From Lingula anatina (taxonomy: Eukaryota; Animalia; Brachiopoda): DNA of 64,000 nucleotides. The notes under the pieces were generated by a model. It ran no database searches. It saw only the letters and a list, made by a program, of their open reading frames with translations, and was not told the DNA's origin. Position numbers and translations under genes: made by a program. The stretch lies in contig CM120644.1 in assembly GCA_051362555.1 (NCBI GenBank), positions 3,418,954 to 3,482,953 on the forward strand, read 5' to 3'. How positions within the stretch are numbered: the first letter of the stretch is position 1; each line of letters starts with the position of its first letter. This document shows, in pieces, positions 13,034 through 27,151 of the stretch.

Positions 13034-13599
13034 CTGAAAATTGACATGAATTTCATTAAAACCGAGTATGTTTCTAAATATCAACTTAAATTCTGCTGGT
13101 ATTTGGATCTTGGCTTTTTTAGTTCTTATTTCACTTAACTCTCTATTTCAAGAGAAAAAATCAACATTGTAGACTACTAAATTCTTGTAAAGATTACTTG
13201 GGTTAATCTACTAAGTCACTAAATCTAACTGAATGTTTCAATGGTGAAATAAAATTAATTCTTTTAAAGTCTGTTTTTTCAAGTTGAGACTTCAGTCAAA
13301 AGCATCTTAATTTGGTGAATAATTTTATGGTCAATATAGGCCTATGATTACTACTGTATATACAACATATCTACTTGTAATGGCATCCTTTCATGCACTG
13401 ATGCATCCATACCAGGTATTGCTTGTTCATTTTTGAGATTGTTCTTTGAAACAATCATATGTAATTGAGATTTCAAGACCCACTATTACATGACAAAAAA
13501 ATATCCTGAAATCAATTCTTAAACTTTGTAATCAAAGTCAATAGGTTTCAACTAAACTTTTTGCTAAAAGTATCAAACTTCCTTCTCCAAAGAAATTAC

Positions 13600-13827
13600 C
13601 TCCAACTTGCTCTCTGAGAGCACACTATTCTCCATAGTCCCGTGATTGGGAGACTCCAGGGGCACTTCCACCATACCATTGTCTCCAGAACCCCCATCTG
13701 CAATGTCCACCAAAACTCCTACTTTGGCTTCTCCTGCATCCTTGGCAGCACCCTCTGGTGTTGGAGACTGCGTACCAGATGCACTGTCATTGGCTGTGGC
13801 TCCTTCACTGGGTTTATGATCGGGGCT
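13600..13827 (-). CDS. GOLGA4: GOLGA4 exon 2 (possible alternative donor, exon end 13723)
   Basis: cag|SPDHKPSEG...ESKLE|gtaatt; internal in-phase donor AAA|gtagga. Confidence 0.75.
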
Positions 13828-14811
13828 CTGACAAAAAATATCATGATTATAAATAAGTTTCAAATTGATTATTTCAGTGACAGGAGTGATACCTTTCAAG
13901 AACAAGCTTTGGGCATTTTCCTGTAGTCTCAATGGCACTTAATGTATATCTATATATGAATTCCACAAGCTCTTTCTGCAAAGTTTTCTTTGGACATAAA
14001 CCCGAATTTGCAAAGGGGCTAAGGACATGAGAAAACCCATCTAGCAAAGTAAGTAACCTCTCTTATTGCAGTAAATTAAACTTTAGAACATCAGAACTTT
14101 CTGTCTTTCATCAATAATTTCCATAATAGAATTTTAGCACTTTAACAGTGAGCATTTCTGAGGGTGATAGAACCACATATTTTGTGCATTTACAGTAATT
14201 TGATAACTAATATATAGTAAACTCCTCCACTTGATAAATACTGGGTTCTGATGGCTACTATCAATCAATTGCCCAAAATAAAAATTGCACATGATAGCTT
14301 TTATGCAATGTGACTTTAACACCCCCCCCACCACCACCATCAGAGTCCTAAAAATAACCAATAACCACTCATAAACAAATGTTGAGATAAAGTTGCTAAT
14401 GAAATAACTAACAAAATGATTGAATCTAGTCCTAATCAAATTCAACAGCATGAAAAGCAAAACACAAATAAACTATACTATTGTGGAAGAAAGCTTGGCG
14501 GAGGGGGGGGGGAGAAATAAGTGGGCGTATGTGAACCAATAAATAATAGAACACAAACAGGAAGACAGATTCACATAAACTGGGTGACATGACGGGGACC
14601 ACAACTAGCATTTATCAGTGTATGCCAAACGGTTAAATCATCCCATGATCATGGGAATATGCGCTTAATACAATATTCTTAATGCGCATACGGAATGAAC
14701 TTACTCTTACGTAAAAAAACGCGGTCATTGTGCCTCTGTCACTGACAGTTTCAGTGCAACATGACTTGACTGGTAGATCTCAGCATATTGACCATATATG
14801 TTGATACTTAC

Positions 14812-14898
14812 AACAGCTTGTGCAAAGTTGTCCGCAAAATTCTTCACCGGAGAGTTTTCAACTCCCTCTTTAATCTTCTGTTTCAGTTTTTTAAACAT
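14812..14898 (-). CDS. GOLGA4: GOLGA4 exon 1 (start codon)
   Basis: MFKKLKQKIKEGVENSPVKNFADNFAQAV|gtaagt. Confidence 0.92.
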
Positions 14899-15355
14899 TA
14901 TTTAAACGTGACCAGGATACCGGAAAATTTCGCCACTTGTAAGAGCGTCAGCTACTTCTGACCTCCATATTGCCGATTTCGCACGATGTACGCATGCGTG
15001 ACACGTTTCAAGCATGCGCAGTAGATTGTCGATTTCAAATTAGGTCGTATATCCGGGTCTTTCTAGGTTAGCCATCATGGTGGAATGCAATCGGGAAGAG
15101 AGGGAGTGGATTTAGAAGTTTCCCAACTTTTTACACCAGTCAAAACACTGCTGAATGTGGCCTTTATACAATATCACGAAGAGGATATTTGCAGCCAAGG
15201 AAACTGTTTTTCAGCTCATCTCAAAGCTCAGTCAGTCGCTCATAACACGTAAAGTTGTCATAGTTTATTGAGTCGGCAAGTCATTCCAAAAATAACTTCT
15301 CGGATAGATACTTGAGATCATTTCATGTTCGGTCTGATTCACTAACCAGGTGGAT
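14899..15355. promoter_or_regulatory. Bidirectional promoter shared by GOLGA4 and LRRFIP
   Basis: 457 bp between divergent ATGs; locally CpG-rich; NRF1-like tacgcatgcgtg (14989-15000) and agcatgcgca (15011-15020); ETS-like accggaa (~14919). Confidence 0.75.
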
Positions 15356-15457
15356 ATGTCGACTTCTAATTTTTCGGGAACGCCGAGCAGTGGTCGGCGA
15401 CGGGGACAGGCGAAATATTCAGCCGAAGATGCAGCTCTCAACACAATCGCCAGAGAG
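15356..15457 (+). CDS. LRRFIP2: LRRFIP coding exon 1
   Basis: MSTSNFSGTPSSGRRRGQAKYSAEDAALNTIARE|gtaaat. Confidence 0.9.
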
Positions 15458-18400
15458 GTAAATTATTGTGTGGTGTCTGATGTCCCTTATTCAATTGTGT
15501 GAATGACACTTAAGTGTTTATGATAATAAATGTTAATACTATAGGCGGATGATGTCATATATGCAGGTATTTTATTCATAACATTTTTGAGTGCAATGTT
15601 ATTGGAAACGACATGGGCTAACAAACTGACAATAAGTGAAAGAGGTTTTAAAACATTTTAAAACTTGGTCAGTCTACTTCCCCCCCCCCCCCTCCCGTCC
15701 CCGCCTTTCAAGCACACATCAAACAAATATGCTTTCAGATGCGCATGCACACACACACATGTTCAAGCAAACACATTCATTATTGGCAGTGCCAAACATG
15801 TAGCATTAGCTGTCAGGGTAGGCAGCTGCTTTTGAAATTAATGTCACCAAATAAAGGACTGTGCGAATATTATTATGTGAACTTACTAAGAAGCGTAGGC
15901 AGTCATGTACATATTATTATTCCAGCTTATTTTAGCTGCAGCTGCTGTATCCATATGGGAAAATAATACAAAATGCAAAGGGTTAATTTTCTGTTGATAT
16001 GGTAGCTTTCTAGCCTCTTTCTGTCTCTCACACATACACATACAAACACACACATACTACACAGGTGCACATGCACGCACATACTTGTGCACGCACGCAT
16101 ATGTACACACACACACACTTGTCTGGATGTCACAAAGCTAAGACCATTTGTTATTGTCTCCAAATATCTGCAATCACTTTCAGCCTTTCTCATAGCTGAC
16201 TACACAAGAGTGTGTTTGCTGACTGATGGGTAATGACTAGTTGATAGGTCAGGAATACACACTGGCTGATAATGGAGAGATGTGACAGAGCTTTTCATTG
16301 GAGACATTCTCCTGTTAAATGGGTCAGGCTATAAATCTGGGCTTATCAATTATTTCACGGAAACCATAAAGCCAACAAGTGGGGGGATAATTTTGAAAAG
16401 AAATTTGGGTGGATTTAATAGTTCACTGATGTCTGTGCATGTGTATATTTTGATATTTTTGAAGACTGGAAATGGTTGTTTGGCTATTATGACTCTCTGT
16501 CTCCCCATCTATCCTTACCCAGTGGTTCATGATTACTTTCTCAAATGTTGAACATATGATCACAGCAATCTTGTTGATAAGCTGCTCTTTAAAAGACCCT
16601 TATATTTCCCTTGTAAGAGCTCCAATAAAATCCAATGTTTGTGGTTTGTTTTATGTGTAGTTTTAATATTTAAACTAGTATGCCTAAATACTGATCAGAG
16701 ATATTGCCTTTCATGAAAAATGTGTTTGTTAGCTGAATAAATTATTGCTACTATTCATGTAATTTACAGGGAAAATCAGTGAAGATGGAAAATTTAAGCA
16801 CTTAGTGCATTGGCAAAAGCACTGCAGTACTTATTAAGATGTAATGTATAATAACACATTGCTAGCAATTTCCTTCAGTGCTACTATAAATAGATCTTTG
16901 GAATGGATGCTCTTATTGCACTTAAGCGGCTTTCTAGGAAATATGGGGTTCCTTGTACAGACAGACTTTCTGGAAACTAAAAATTTTAGATAGAGAGAGA
17001 GAGGGGGGGGGAATTAATATATAAAATGTACAGATTATTGTGTGTGAAAAATAAACAGAAATAACATTTCTATTCAGACACTCATTGGATGCTATGGAGA
17101 GGAGGCAGTTTTGACATTCATCCATAATAATTTTTTGTTTATATTTTTAAAACTAAATAACATACACCGAATCTATTTTTAAAAAAGATCAAAATCTCCA
17201 CGAACACTAGAAATACAATCTTAATGATTCCTGTAAAAAAATGGTTGGGTAATATATTTTACAAAAATATGCTTGAACCAATAAAAATTCAATGGTTGAT
17301 AAAAGAGAGACCAACTCCCAGATAATACAGGGATTAAAGCACACCAGATAACCAGAGCATTTCAGACTTTAAAGTGCTAGAAGTACTGAGATGAGCTATT
17401 TTGAGTACCTGCTATTAAAAGTTGCCCCTGTTCTTCACCTGTCTGGTAAAACCTTCAAGAAGAACAGAACCCTGGTAGCATCATGGTCGGGAAGATACGG
17501 TAATTACTGAATAAATTTGAACACTGTGAATTACTGAATTTTTACAGAAAAAAATGGTAATTTAAATGTTTTGAGAAGATGTTAGTTTTGTGTTAGAAGG
17601 TACACTTTTTTGAAATGCCTGAATGTTATGTTTGAAAAAGAAAATGGGATATTTTTCCTTGAAATTACAAGTAATATTTCTGCACCAGTTCACAGTCAGC
17701 ACTTGGGTCCTCTCAGTTCAAGGTTAGAGTCTACACCTGAGAAGTGAACGCCTTTGGATTTTCTATTCTTGTAGATGGGCAAACTGAACTAAACATAGTC
17801 ATCCACACTGGGTTTTCAGCAGGGTTTGGTCATTGATTTACTCACTGGGAGTCCAACCCAAGCAGGCCCAACCAACCAATCCAAAAGTTTTGTAAGCCAT
17901 CCAGATGTCTTTGGAAATTTGGGCCATCTTTTAAGGCTAATGGTCATCCAAATGACATCTGGACAGCTCTCTGGGGAAAACCCTGCAGCCCCACCTCCAT
18001 TTCCTTTGAAAACATTTTATATGGTATGATTAGAATGACAAAAAAATATTCTTTTGCATTGTAAACACCCCTAATACAGTGTGCTAAGCAAAGGAGATTT
18101 ATAAAATATGTATATCATTATCATGACCATTTGCATGATTTGTTTGGCAGCCTAATATCTTCATTTGAAAAGACATACACATATGATCAAACCAAAATAT
18201 ATGATCTTGCATTCACATGCTAATGGGCATGTTATCAAGAAGCTATTCATGTGGTACATCAGTTTAGTGGGATGGTCACTGTGTTGACCTGGTTAGGTCT
18301 GGGGTTAATTGTACCCTGAATGATGAGAAGCTGGTTAGATTGAAGAGACTGCCCACTGGTCAAAATTAGGCCATACACATAACAGAGGGGGGGGGGGGGA

Positions 18401-21400
18401 ATCCTCAAAAAGTAACATGGCAAATCATTAGTTCCAGCTACCTGAACTAGTAGTCGATTGTTGTGGATTTGTGGCCTGAATGATTTGTGGGGAAGGGGGG
18501 GGGAGGGCTGATTAGGATGAAGGAACTGCCAACTGGTCAATATCATGCCATACACACAGACGGGGGGGGGGGGGGGGGGGGGGGGGACCTGGGTAATCGC
18601 AAAATCTTTGAGACTTATGCCCTTTTGAATAAACTTATAAAGGCTAAATGAATTTGAAAAAAAATTGTATAGTCTTATTCTCAGTCATAACATATAAGCC
18701 AAGATATTAAAATCAAAGTGTACCATTAGTCAAAATAGTGAAAGAAGGGTTTTCTCTGTTCATAAATTTATTGTGTGTGAGAGCAAGGTGGTGGAGGGGG
18801 GGGGGAGAATTGGAAAGTGTCCATGTGTCTGATTGACCTGCTTTTAGGACAGAAGTCAATGTGAAGTTGTATAGTCTGGCAGATATATGGAGTAGATAGG
18901 ATCAAAGTGACTGGTTAACATCATCTTGACATTTACAACTTCAAATAGCTTAGAGTGCATATAGGTACAGAGGAGGGGCAACATGCTTGTAAACAGGGGT
19001 TTGGATGAGGCAAGGCTGATTTGGTTTAATAATCTATGACCTTACTTTTTGCCCAAGGATCAATATTTCTCTCTCTCTCTTTTTTTTTCCACAGGCATGC
19101 ATGTCCTGCACACACACACACATGTGCATATATTTTTGCATGTACTAGTAATTGTTTTCTGTGAGATTTTTATTTCAGTAAACCAAGAAAATTATTTATG
19201 GTATGGAGTAGTATAAAATTTTACTTCAAGTTTAAAACAAATATGTCATAATTGTAGTTTCACAAAAGTCAGAAAGTTTAAGGGGCATATTTTTAGGCTT
19301 ACTATTGGAGTACCCTGTTAATAAACTTGGTAAATAGACAGTTTCTGTTGCCAGGAGAGGTCTGATTTTCACCCGATACTCCACTTAACCTTGTGTATAA
19401 GGTGGGGTCTGATCTAGGTCAAACATAAAAGTACACTTGGAGTTATTATGGGTGTATCTTTATTATAACGAGGCTTTTGATTTAACCTGATTTAAAACAT
19501 TTTTTGGCAATAACTCATCATGATAGGTAAAATCAGATCATGATAACATAGGTGAACTGATGCAGGAAGTTAATTGGAAGGATGAGTAAAAGGAAAATAT
19601 GATGTTTTCAGGCATTTTCAATATTAACAAGAATACTTTCTTTTATTGAGAGAATTGTTCCTTTAAAGAATGTGAAATTGTACTGTCAAGCAAATGAAAA
19701 AGAACAAACTTGTTTTTATAAGAATTATTTAAAATCTTGCAGTTGACAATGTTTTCATACATTATTTATTTATTGATATTGGGTATTTTCCAAATGCAAA
19801 AAATGATATTTTTGCTATTTAATACTATGCAAGTTAGCACGTGAGTTAATTGACTTTTTCTGGTTTCTTAAACATCTGTAAGAAGGGAGGGGGATCTCAG
19901 CAAACAAGAAGATCTTATCAATGACATCTTGAATTACTATAGACGTAGACATCCTAGATCCCTGGCATACAGAAATTACCTGCATGTGTATTTTTCCCTA
20001 TGATCCTTTTCACCTGTCCTTAGTTAATTCCTTGATGAATGTGTACCTGTCCTTCACCAGGTAGACAACGGGCTGAGAGCAAGCTGGGATGGAGATATTA
20101 ATAAATCAATCTCTTGCTGGGAGTTGTTTTTAGGCGCAGAATTCAGCTGTCTGGTGTGGGATTCACACAACAGGCCTGCCGCAAGCAGTTTTCAAAGAGG
20201 AGAGGTCTTTTTCAGAAGAAAGTGCACCTTTACACACCAAGTTAAATGAACTTGAGAGATGGCATAGAAACTAAGTCAGAATGTTTACACCCCCCCCCCC
20301 TTCACCTCCCACCCCCCAACCCCCCCACCCCCAAGCAGTCACTAGCTGCAGAATAATATTTTGGGCTCATCAAGGATTGCTTGTTATTGAAGAACACAGT
20401 TTTGTGACATATACGTCAGTGGATGCCACACAAGTGCATTCATTAGCTTTGAAGTTGATGGCTGTATGTTGAACAGACTCGCACTGCACCGTGTGAACAC
20501 TGCCTTGTAATAGGAGTCAGAAATAGCCACTGGCCTGCTGGTCCTGGTCAGTGATTTTCCTGCCAGCCCAGTGAAATCATAACCTAACAGGTCAAAACAA
20601 GATTGGTAGAATTTTGTAATGTTATAACAGCGAGAATGTTTCTGTTTTCATAGGTCTGTAGAGGTGCACTAATTCCCTGTTGTGTGTGGTCTCTTTAGGT
20701 ATGATGACAATCAAAGCAATGTTGATTTTAAATTTTCAGAAATTTTGGGTTTTAAGCATGGTTTGTATCTTCCCTTCTTTTGTTGCTAGTTTTTGAATGA
20801 AAGAACAGAATATGGAATGACGACCGTTGGCCAATCTATGCTTTGCCCCTCCCTGTTCTACACGCATCTTTTATTTAAGTCCCGAAGGAAGAAGAAAATC
20901 AACACCAGCAATATAAGCAAGAAGATTTAAGAGTGATAACAATTGTAGAAATAGGATCTTTAGGAAAAGCAAGTAAAATAAATCCAAACCTAAATATTTG
21001 AAAAGTAGTAAAAAAGTCTATGTCAACTTTTGGAACCTTTTTGAGTGGGTAGGAGGGGGGTACTGGTAGGTGGGACATGATAAATAACTTTTGAATCCAC
21101 ACATGCAATTTTGGCAGTTTTTGAATGAACGAATTGGCTAATCTGTCTTTGCCTTGCCCTGTTCTACACACGCATCTCTTATTTAAGTCAGTGAGCAAGA
21201 AAATCACCACCTGAGTTGCCCGTGTCTCAAAAGAACTTGCAACCACAAATTGTTCCGAACTTATTTTAGTTCATTTAGATAAGTCTGTGGTAACTCCAAT
21301 GAAATGAATCTCCTATTACAGAACAAGCTAAAAATGGATTATAAAATATTTTAGTCCACAGTTGCAGATTTCTCCTGAATGGAAGTTTGACTTCAATTTT

Positions 21401-21928
21401 GGTCTCAAGTACTAGTACTTTTGTGAACCAGGCCCTAGTTGATAAATTTCTCATGACAAAATGAACATTTTTGCTCCAGTTAAACAAATTGTATGCCCTC
21501 CTTGACATATAACCCCGACTACGCATGCTTTATTGCCTTCTAATATCAGGAAGACATAACACCTTAACGCCTGATCCTATTTAAGTGCTGCGCCGCCATT
21601 GTTGTTGTCGCATTCAAATGCAACCTCTTTGTTATTACAGCATGCTTTTTAGTTGTTATAGTAGGCCAAAGGGGGAGGATGAGAGGAAATGTACCTCAAG
21701 CTGCTTTTACTGTCAATATGTTTGTTTTATTCCGCTGTGACATTTTGCCAGGGCGATTGACACAGTGCCCTTGTTGTGTTGCCCCTAATGACACAACGAA
21801 CTTGACTTGCTTTTGAGATGATTTGACAGTGGGAAATATGTTTCTGGATGGCAGTAATGTCATGTTATGAGGAATTTGCCGTCTTTATGTAATACAGTGG
21901 GTTCCATAAGAGTCATTTGAGGTACTTG

Positions 21929-23762
21929 CAGGGTTCTGCCAAGGTCTCAAAAAAGGGGGGAGAATTCTCCCCTCTGAGCTTAAAAGTTGGGGAGATTTTG
22001 AGAAATAGTGGGAGATCAGGAAAAATGATATTTTACGTAAAAACATACACTGCTAGTCTGTACTGGTATTTTATTAAAGTTCACAAACTGAACTGATTCA
22101 ACTTTGAAAGTAACTTTACATAGGCTGTATGTATATACAGTTGCAAATGATTTTTTTATAAAGCATCTGCCTCATTATCATAGCGGAGCCAAGAATAATC
22201 TCTTAACCAATCGTGTTGAAATTTCTGTGGCACTACTTTCGGTTTCTTTCTTTCAGGCCCTTCGATGGTATTTGGTCTGCAGACCTAAAATTAAAGAAAA
22301 GTTAAAATTTTTCCTACTTACAAACTTGTAATTTCTGGAACCAGACACCACAATCCAAAATAATTTTTAGGTTTTGATGATTAATCATGACTTAATTAAC
22401 ACTTTTATCAGGAAAAATTGAATAATAGTGTTTGGGAAGGACATTTTTATCTTTGATTTATCGTTTTCACAATATTGACTACTTTTTAAAATAAAGGCTA
22501 AGGTAAAAAAATATAGGTCACACATTTGGTTGAGTGCATTCTATGAAAATATCCTTGATTAGGAGGCCCTAACTTTTTTTTTTCAAATTACTAATTAGTA
22601 TCCTCACACACATATACAGCGGAATAAACATATCAGAAACAGGCCTCCTTACTTCTTCATTAAAGTTAAACATTTCCTTTTTTTCAAATTTTTATTCTCA
22701 CACACACACATATATATACACTATAGAGTGATAGGAATAAACATGTCAAAAACGGGCCTCCTTACTTTTTTAACTTCTTTTTCATATTATCATACTCACA
22801 TAGGAGGAATAAACATCAAAAACGGACCTAAACTTCTTTTTCATATTATCATACTCAAGTAGGAGGAATAAACATATCAGAAACGGGACCCGTCATTTTT
22901 TAACGTTTTTTTTTTTTTTTCAATTTTCATACTCACATATAGAGGAATAAACGTATCAAAAACGGGCCTATTACCTTTTTTTTTTTACTTTCTTTCACAT
23001 TTTCAAACGAAGTGTCAAGTGTCCTTCCAAACCGTAAAATAAAAATGCCACGGAATGAACATACCTTTATCGTCGACGAACTGTCAGTTTCATCTGGAGT
23101 CGCAACTTCAGAAATTTGTTTCTTCCTTTTCTCAGACTTGTCAGGCGGAGAGACGGATTCATCTGAGGGGGGATTAACAGGAGTCTGACCTGATTTTTCA
23201 CCGCTTGCCGAAGACTTTGGCATAAAGCTTAAAATCGATCTCTGTTTTTTAACTTTCGCTTTCGACGAGGAATCCGCCATTTTAACCACGCTTCATCAGG
23301 CTGAATATCACTGTCACGCCGTCTATAATTGGTTGACTATCCCGCGAAATGAGAGAACCGCTCAATCGCTCAACTAACTTTAGTGCAGCGGAGTCACACG
23401 AGGATTGCCGATTGGACTGTAGTCATGAAGAGGTACTATTGATATTACGACAACAAATGACGACGCTGCTTGAAACGATCTTTTACGAGGGTACATCGGA
23501 AACGTCGCAATATGACGACGTTAGCTACACTGTGTTAACAAGTCAATGCAGCGGACGATGCGAAGAAATTTATACCGGTGATGATTATTTAGATAAACAA
23601 TTTTAGACGCCACTCTCAATGTGTCTTTTATCATCTCAAGAACAATGATAGCACCCCCACTCGGTTTGTATGCGAGAATTTTCGCATCTTTGGTAATTTT
23701 TGTGCGAGAATTTTATTTTTTTGGCGAGAATCTCGCAGAATCGCGGCCTCGGCAGAACCCTG
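21929..23762 (-). mobile_element. Non-autonomous hAT-like DNA transposon with transposase N-terminal remnant
   Basis: TIRs cagggttctgcc / ggcagaaccctg; tacttg duplicated at both flanks; minus-strand remnant MADSSSKAKVKKQRSILSF (ORF 22933-23289); internal degenerate repeats ggaataaacatatcagaaacggg (~22620-22970). Confidence 0.7.
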
Positions 23763-24257
23763 TACTTGTATGTCTGACATGCTGAGTTATGTTGTACTGA
23801 GAGTGGATTTTCTTTTCTGACATTATGGAATCAGTATGTAATTTATGGGAGGGAAATACGAGATTATTCTGTCCCGTGTAACTGAAATTGGTAGAGATAT
23901 GAGCTTGATCTTTTCTTGACTGATTTAAAACTCTTTACTAGTCAGAGGTCAGGGTTTAATTATGAATTTTTGTATCAGATGCCTGCAATAGAATAGAAAG
24001 AGGCAGTGCTTTCATTATATAACTAATGGTTGGAAAATGTTTACCTCTTTGCTTAGATATCTTTTCCTGGATTTCTGAGCATCCTGGATGTCTGAGCCAA
24101 ATCTAAATTTTTTAAAGAAAAAAAAGCAGTTTTCTCTTACTAGTTTTCAAGATTCATTGCTCTAGCCTTCCCTGAACTTTGATTCATTATATATGTTTCA
24201 TACCATTTCCAACAGATAATTTGTTTAAATGTCTGACTGTCTGTCTACATACATACA

Positions 24258-24301
<44 letters not shown>

Positions 24302-25154
24302 TGAGGTACAGTACTCTAATTTTGAGGGGTTTCATCATATTCTGAATTGAGAAAGATAAGTAGCTTAGCAGGATACTTAGACATCATAATATGATTTTGA
24401 GACACAGATAGTGCACCTTTCACTGTTACTAGTATACACTAGGAGTCTGACATGCAGTCCAAATACTTGAACATTTTGATATTGTGGATCATTTGTCTGG
24501 CATACACCAAGAACAATACACATTGCCCCTTTTCTATGTAGAAATTTAATGCAGAGCACTTTAATACCACATTGCTATGAAATGAAGTGCGCATTGTCCA
24601 GATGTCTGAGAGGATTTGGAAAACACTTCTCAAGTCTGGTCTCTCAGAGAGGCTGCTTGTTCTGCTTGGAACCTGTGGCCTTGGATATGTTACATTGAAA
24701 CTTTATACTATCAGAGGAGAAGGAGGATGGTGGGAGAAGATGGTATTAGTTTTCGCTCTCAGGGACCAGCACTGAAACAAGTGTATCGAGTGAAGTCCTA
24801 TTTGAAATCTCATACTGTATTTTACAAACCTGTTGCAGAATTCCAAATTAAGAATGCCAGTAAAATGTATCTTTAAGCATTTTAGAATTTTTAGTGGTCA
24901 GATATAGTTATTGTTATTACATAGTTCTACATATGTATAATCATATAATAAAAATTGTCACTGTCTTCCTTGTAAAACAGATATTACTCTTTGAATGGTG
25001 AGAAAATTTTTTGTTGCCTTTAAGCATGTTGGTGTGTCACGTTTGTATTTATAAACCAATGTCTTTGCTCAAGTTCAGACACCATTTTCATTGTATTCAC
25101 ATCAGTTGCTTTATCTTTTTTTCTGATCTTTTTCGTGTTTTCTTTTTTATTCAG

Positions 25155-25241
25155 GCTGAGCAGAGGCTGGCGGCCAAGAGAGCGGCCAGAGCGGAGGCCA
25201 GGGAAATACGCATGAAGGAACTAGAAAAACAACAAAAAGAG
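25155..25241 (+). CDS. LRRFIP2: LRRFIP coding exon 2
   Basis: cag|[29 protein letters not shown]|gtgagt. Confidence 0.95.
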
Positions 25242-27151
25242 GTGAGTTTTCATCTACAACCCACCCCCACCCCTCTCCCTTTTAACTTTTAACTTCCATA
25301 CCTCTGTTGCTTTCTCAGGAGACTTATATGTATGATACATGTTATGATACAAAATGTTAGAAATTGAAAGAAGGAAAGGAAAAGTAACTACATCAGGTGA
25401 GTTTTTGAAGATGCAAGTTTGATGTAAGGCTGAGCACACCAAGTTTTGTTGTGTTCAGAGATGCTGTATAAGAAAGTTTTAAGTTCAATTAGTTGAACTT
25501 ATATTTAAGTTATGGCACTGAATATATAGCAAAAAGTTCAAAATGCACCAAGGAAATTTTTACCTAGTGATGCTAAAAACTTGTGTGAGAATTCTCCCAG
25601 CTGGTTGTGCTTTTATATTGCGTTTTCAAATCTTCTCCGTCACAATTCATTCTATAACTTGCTAGTAGACCGCCAGCCTTGATCTTTCTTTTACTCTGGT
25701 TTGTGAAAACTTAGCTCATTCAGTTAAGATAATTCATTTGACAAAAAAAGGCATTAAGGTACATGAAGTGTTTTCTTGCCTGTTGCCCATTGCTCAGATG
25801 ACTTGGGAAGAACATTGGCTGATACTGAAATAAGGCTGTGTGGAGTGATTTTGGTCTAGGCTCAGTAGGTCCTACTTCAAATAAAAATGTTAGTCGAAAA
25901 GTGGTCTAGAGTCTTAGAGAGAATTGCAGTCTTCTTTGGCTACATATAAATTCACCAAGAAGTTGGATCTTTGCGGTTGTGTTTAAAACATGAAAAACAA
26001 GGCTAAAAATGACCAATTCCTTATTTACCTCAGTGAACTCTAGGTATTATGGTTTTAGCTTGATCTGAAATGGACCAAAATGTTGCCTAGAAACATTTAG
26101 ACCAATTTTTGGGCTAAAGTTCTACTATGAGAGCAGAGGGCCCCTGGTATGGTGAGTGCATACATGTCTGAATGCAGCGATGGCATCACGTATTGTGAGA
26201 GAAAACATGAACAACACATTGTTGGTCTGGTCTTCATTTAGAGGCCCTATATTTGGTGGAAAGCTAGGGTGAGAGAGGTGAGACTGCTCTAGTGCATTGT
26301 TGTACTGGAAGATATATGTGTGTATGTAGTAGACTCAACATAATTTGTCACCTACTAATTCAATTGATCATTATTCTGGACACATCTTATGAAGTGGATT
26401 TTATTCTTGATTACGACATAAGCTGAAGTTGTAATTAACATAGCCTAACTTGAATATCAAAATATTAAAAAATCTGGTTTTAAGGTGTCCAAGTTACACA
26501 GTGTTGTATGACAGATGCTAAGTGCATGTAGAAAGTGTCCAGAACTGATTTAAAAAATGATAGAATAGGAGCAAATTTAATTGGTGAATCTTTAAACAAA
26601 TAAGTTGTGGCAGGTAATGTACAGTAAATGTAAATGGGTTTTATTAAATGACAATTAAAATTTTCTATTATATGTTTGTCTTCATGTTATGAAAAAAGAG
26701 GCTTACTGGTAGATAGGTACTAGTAAATATACTTGGGCATTGTTTTATTGATTTGATACATTTTTGCTACAAATGTACTAAAGTCAAAAGGGCATAGTGT
26801 ACACTGTCAACCTCCTGTCATTAAAACCAATATGTACATAAGCACAGAGAAATACCTGTCACCTGAGTGATGTCTTTCTGTTTGCATAGCACTTGCTTTA
26901 GCACAGATATAAAAAGGTACTTGTACCTTAATGTTGATAGAGCTCTTACCTTCAAGACAGGTGACATTGAATTGACCCTTATAGGGATGGGTGACAATCT
27001 GAGTTAAATTGTTTAATTACACTTAAAGGTTGTCACTTAAGGGCAATGGTCATGAAGTAAACATACATTAGCTTATTTTATTATAATATTTTTCTTTCAG
27101 TTTTAGCCACGGTTTTAACTGTACTGAATAATTGTTGACAACTTGAGTCCA

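Larger units (their letters stand above)
1..14898 (-). other. GOLGA4: GOLGA4 / golgin-245 gene span (5' part; 3' end including the expected GRIP domain lies beyond window start)
   Basis: N-terminus MFKKLKQKI and internal LTQSQDKAFRRISELREQVQLDQQAKRH match the golgin-245 family; 12 phase-compatible GT-AG exons; long E/K/Q-rich coiled coil. Confidence 0.9.

Noticed and set aside
18325-18590. Duplicated ~65-bp segment with long poly-G runs (G-quadruplex candidate)
   Set aside because: Poly-G/C runs are scattered through the whole window; no evidence of specific function
20815-21212. Diverged ~90-bp direct repeat ~310 bp apart
   Set aside because: Too short and degenerate for LTRs; no internal coding remnant
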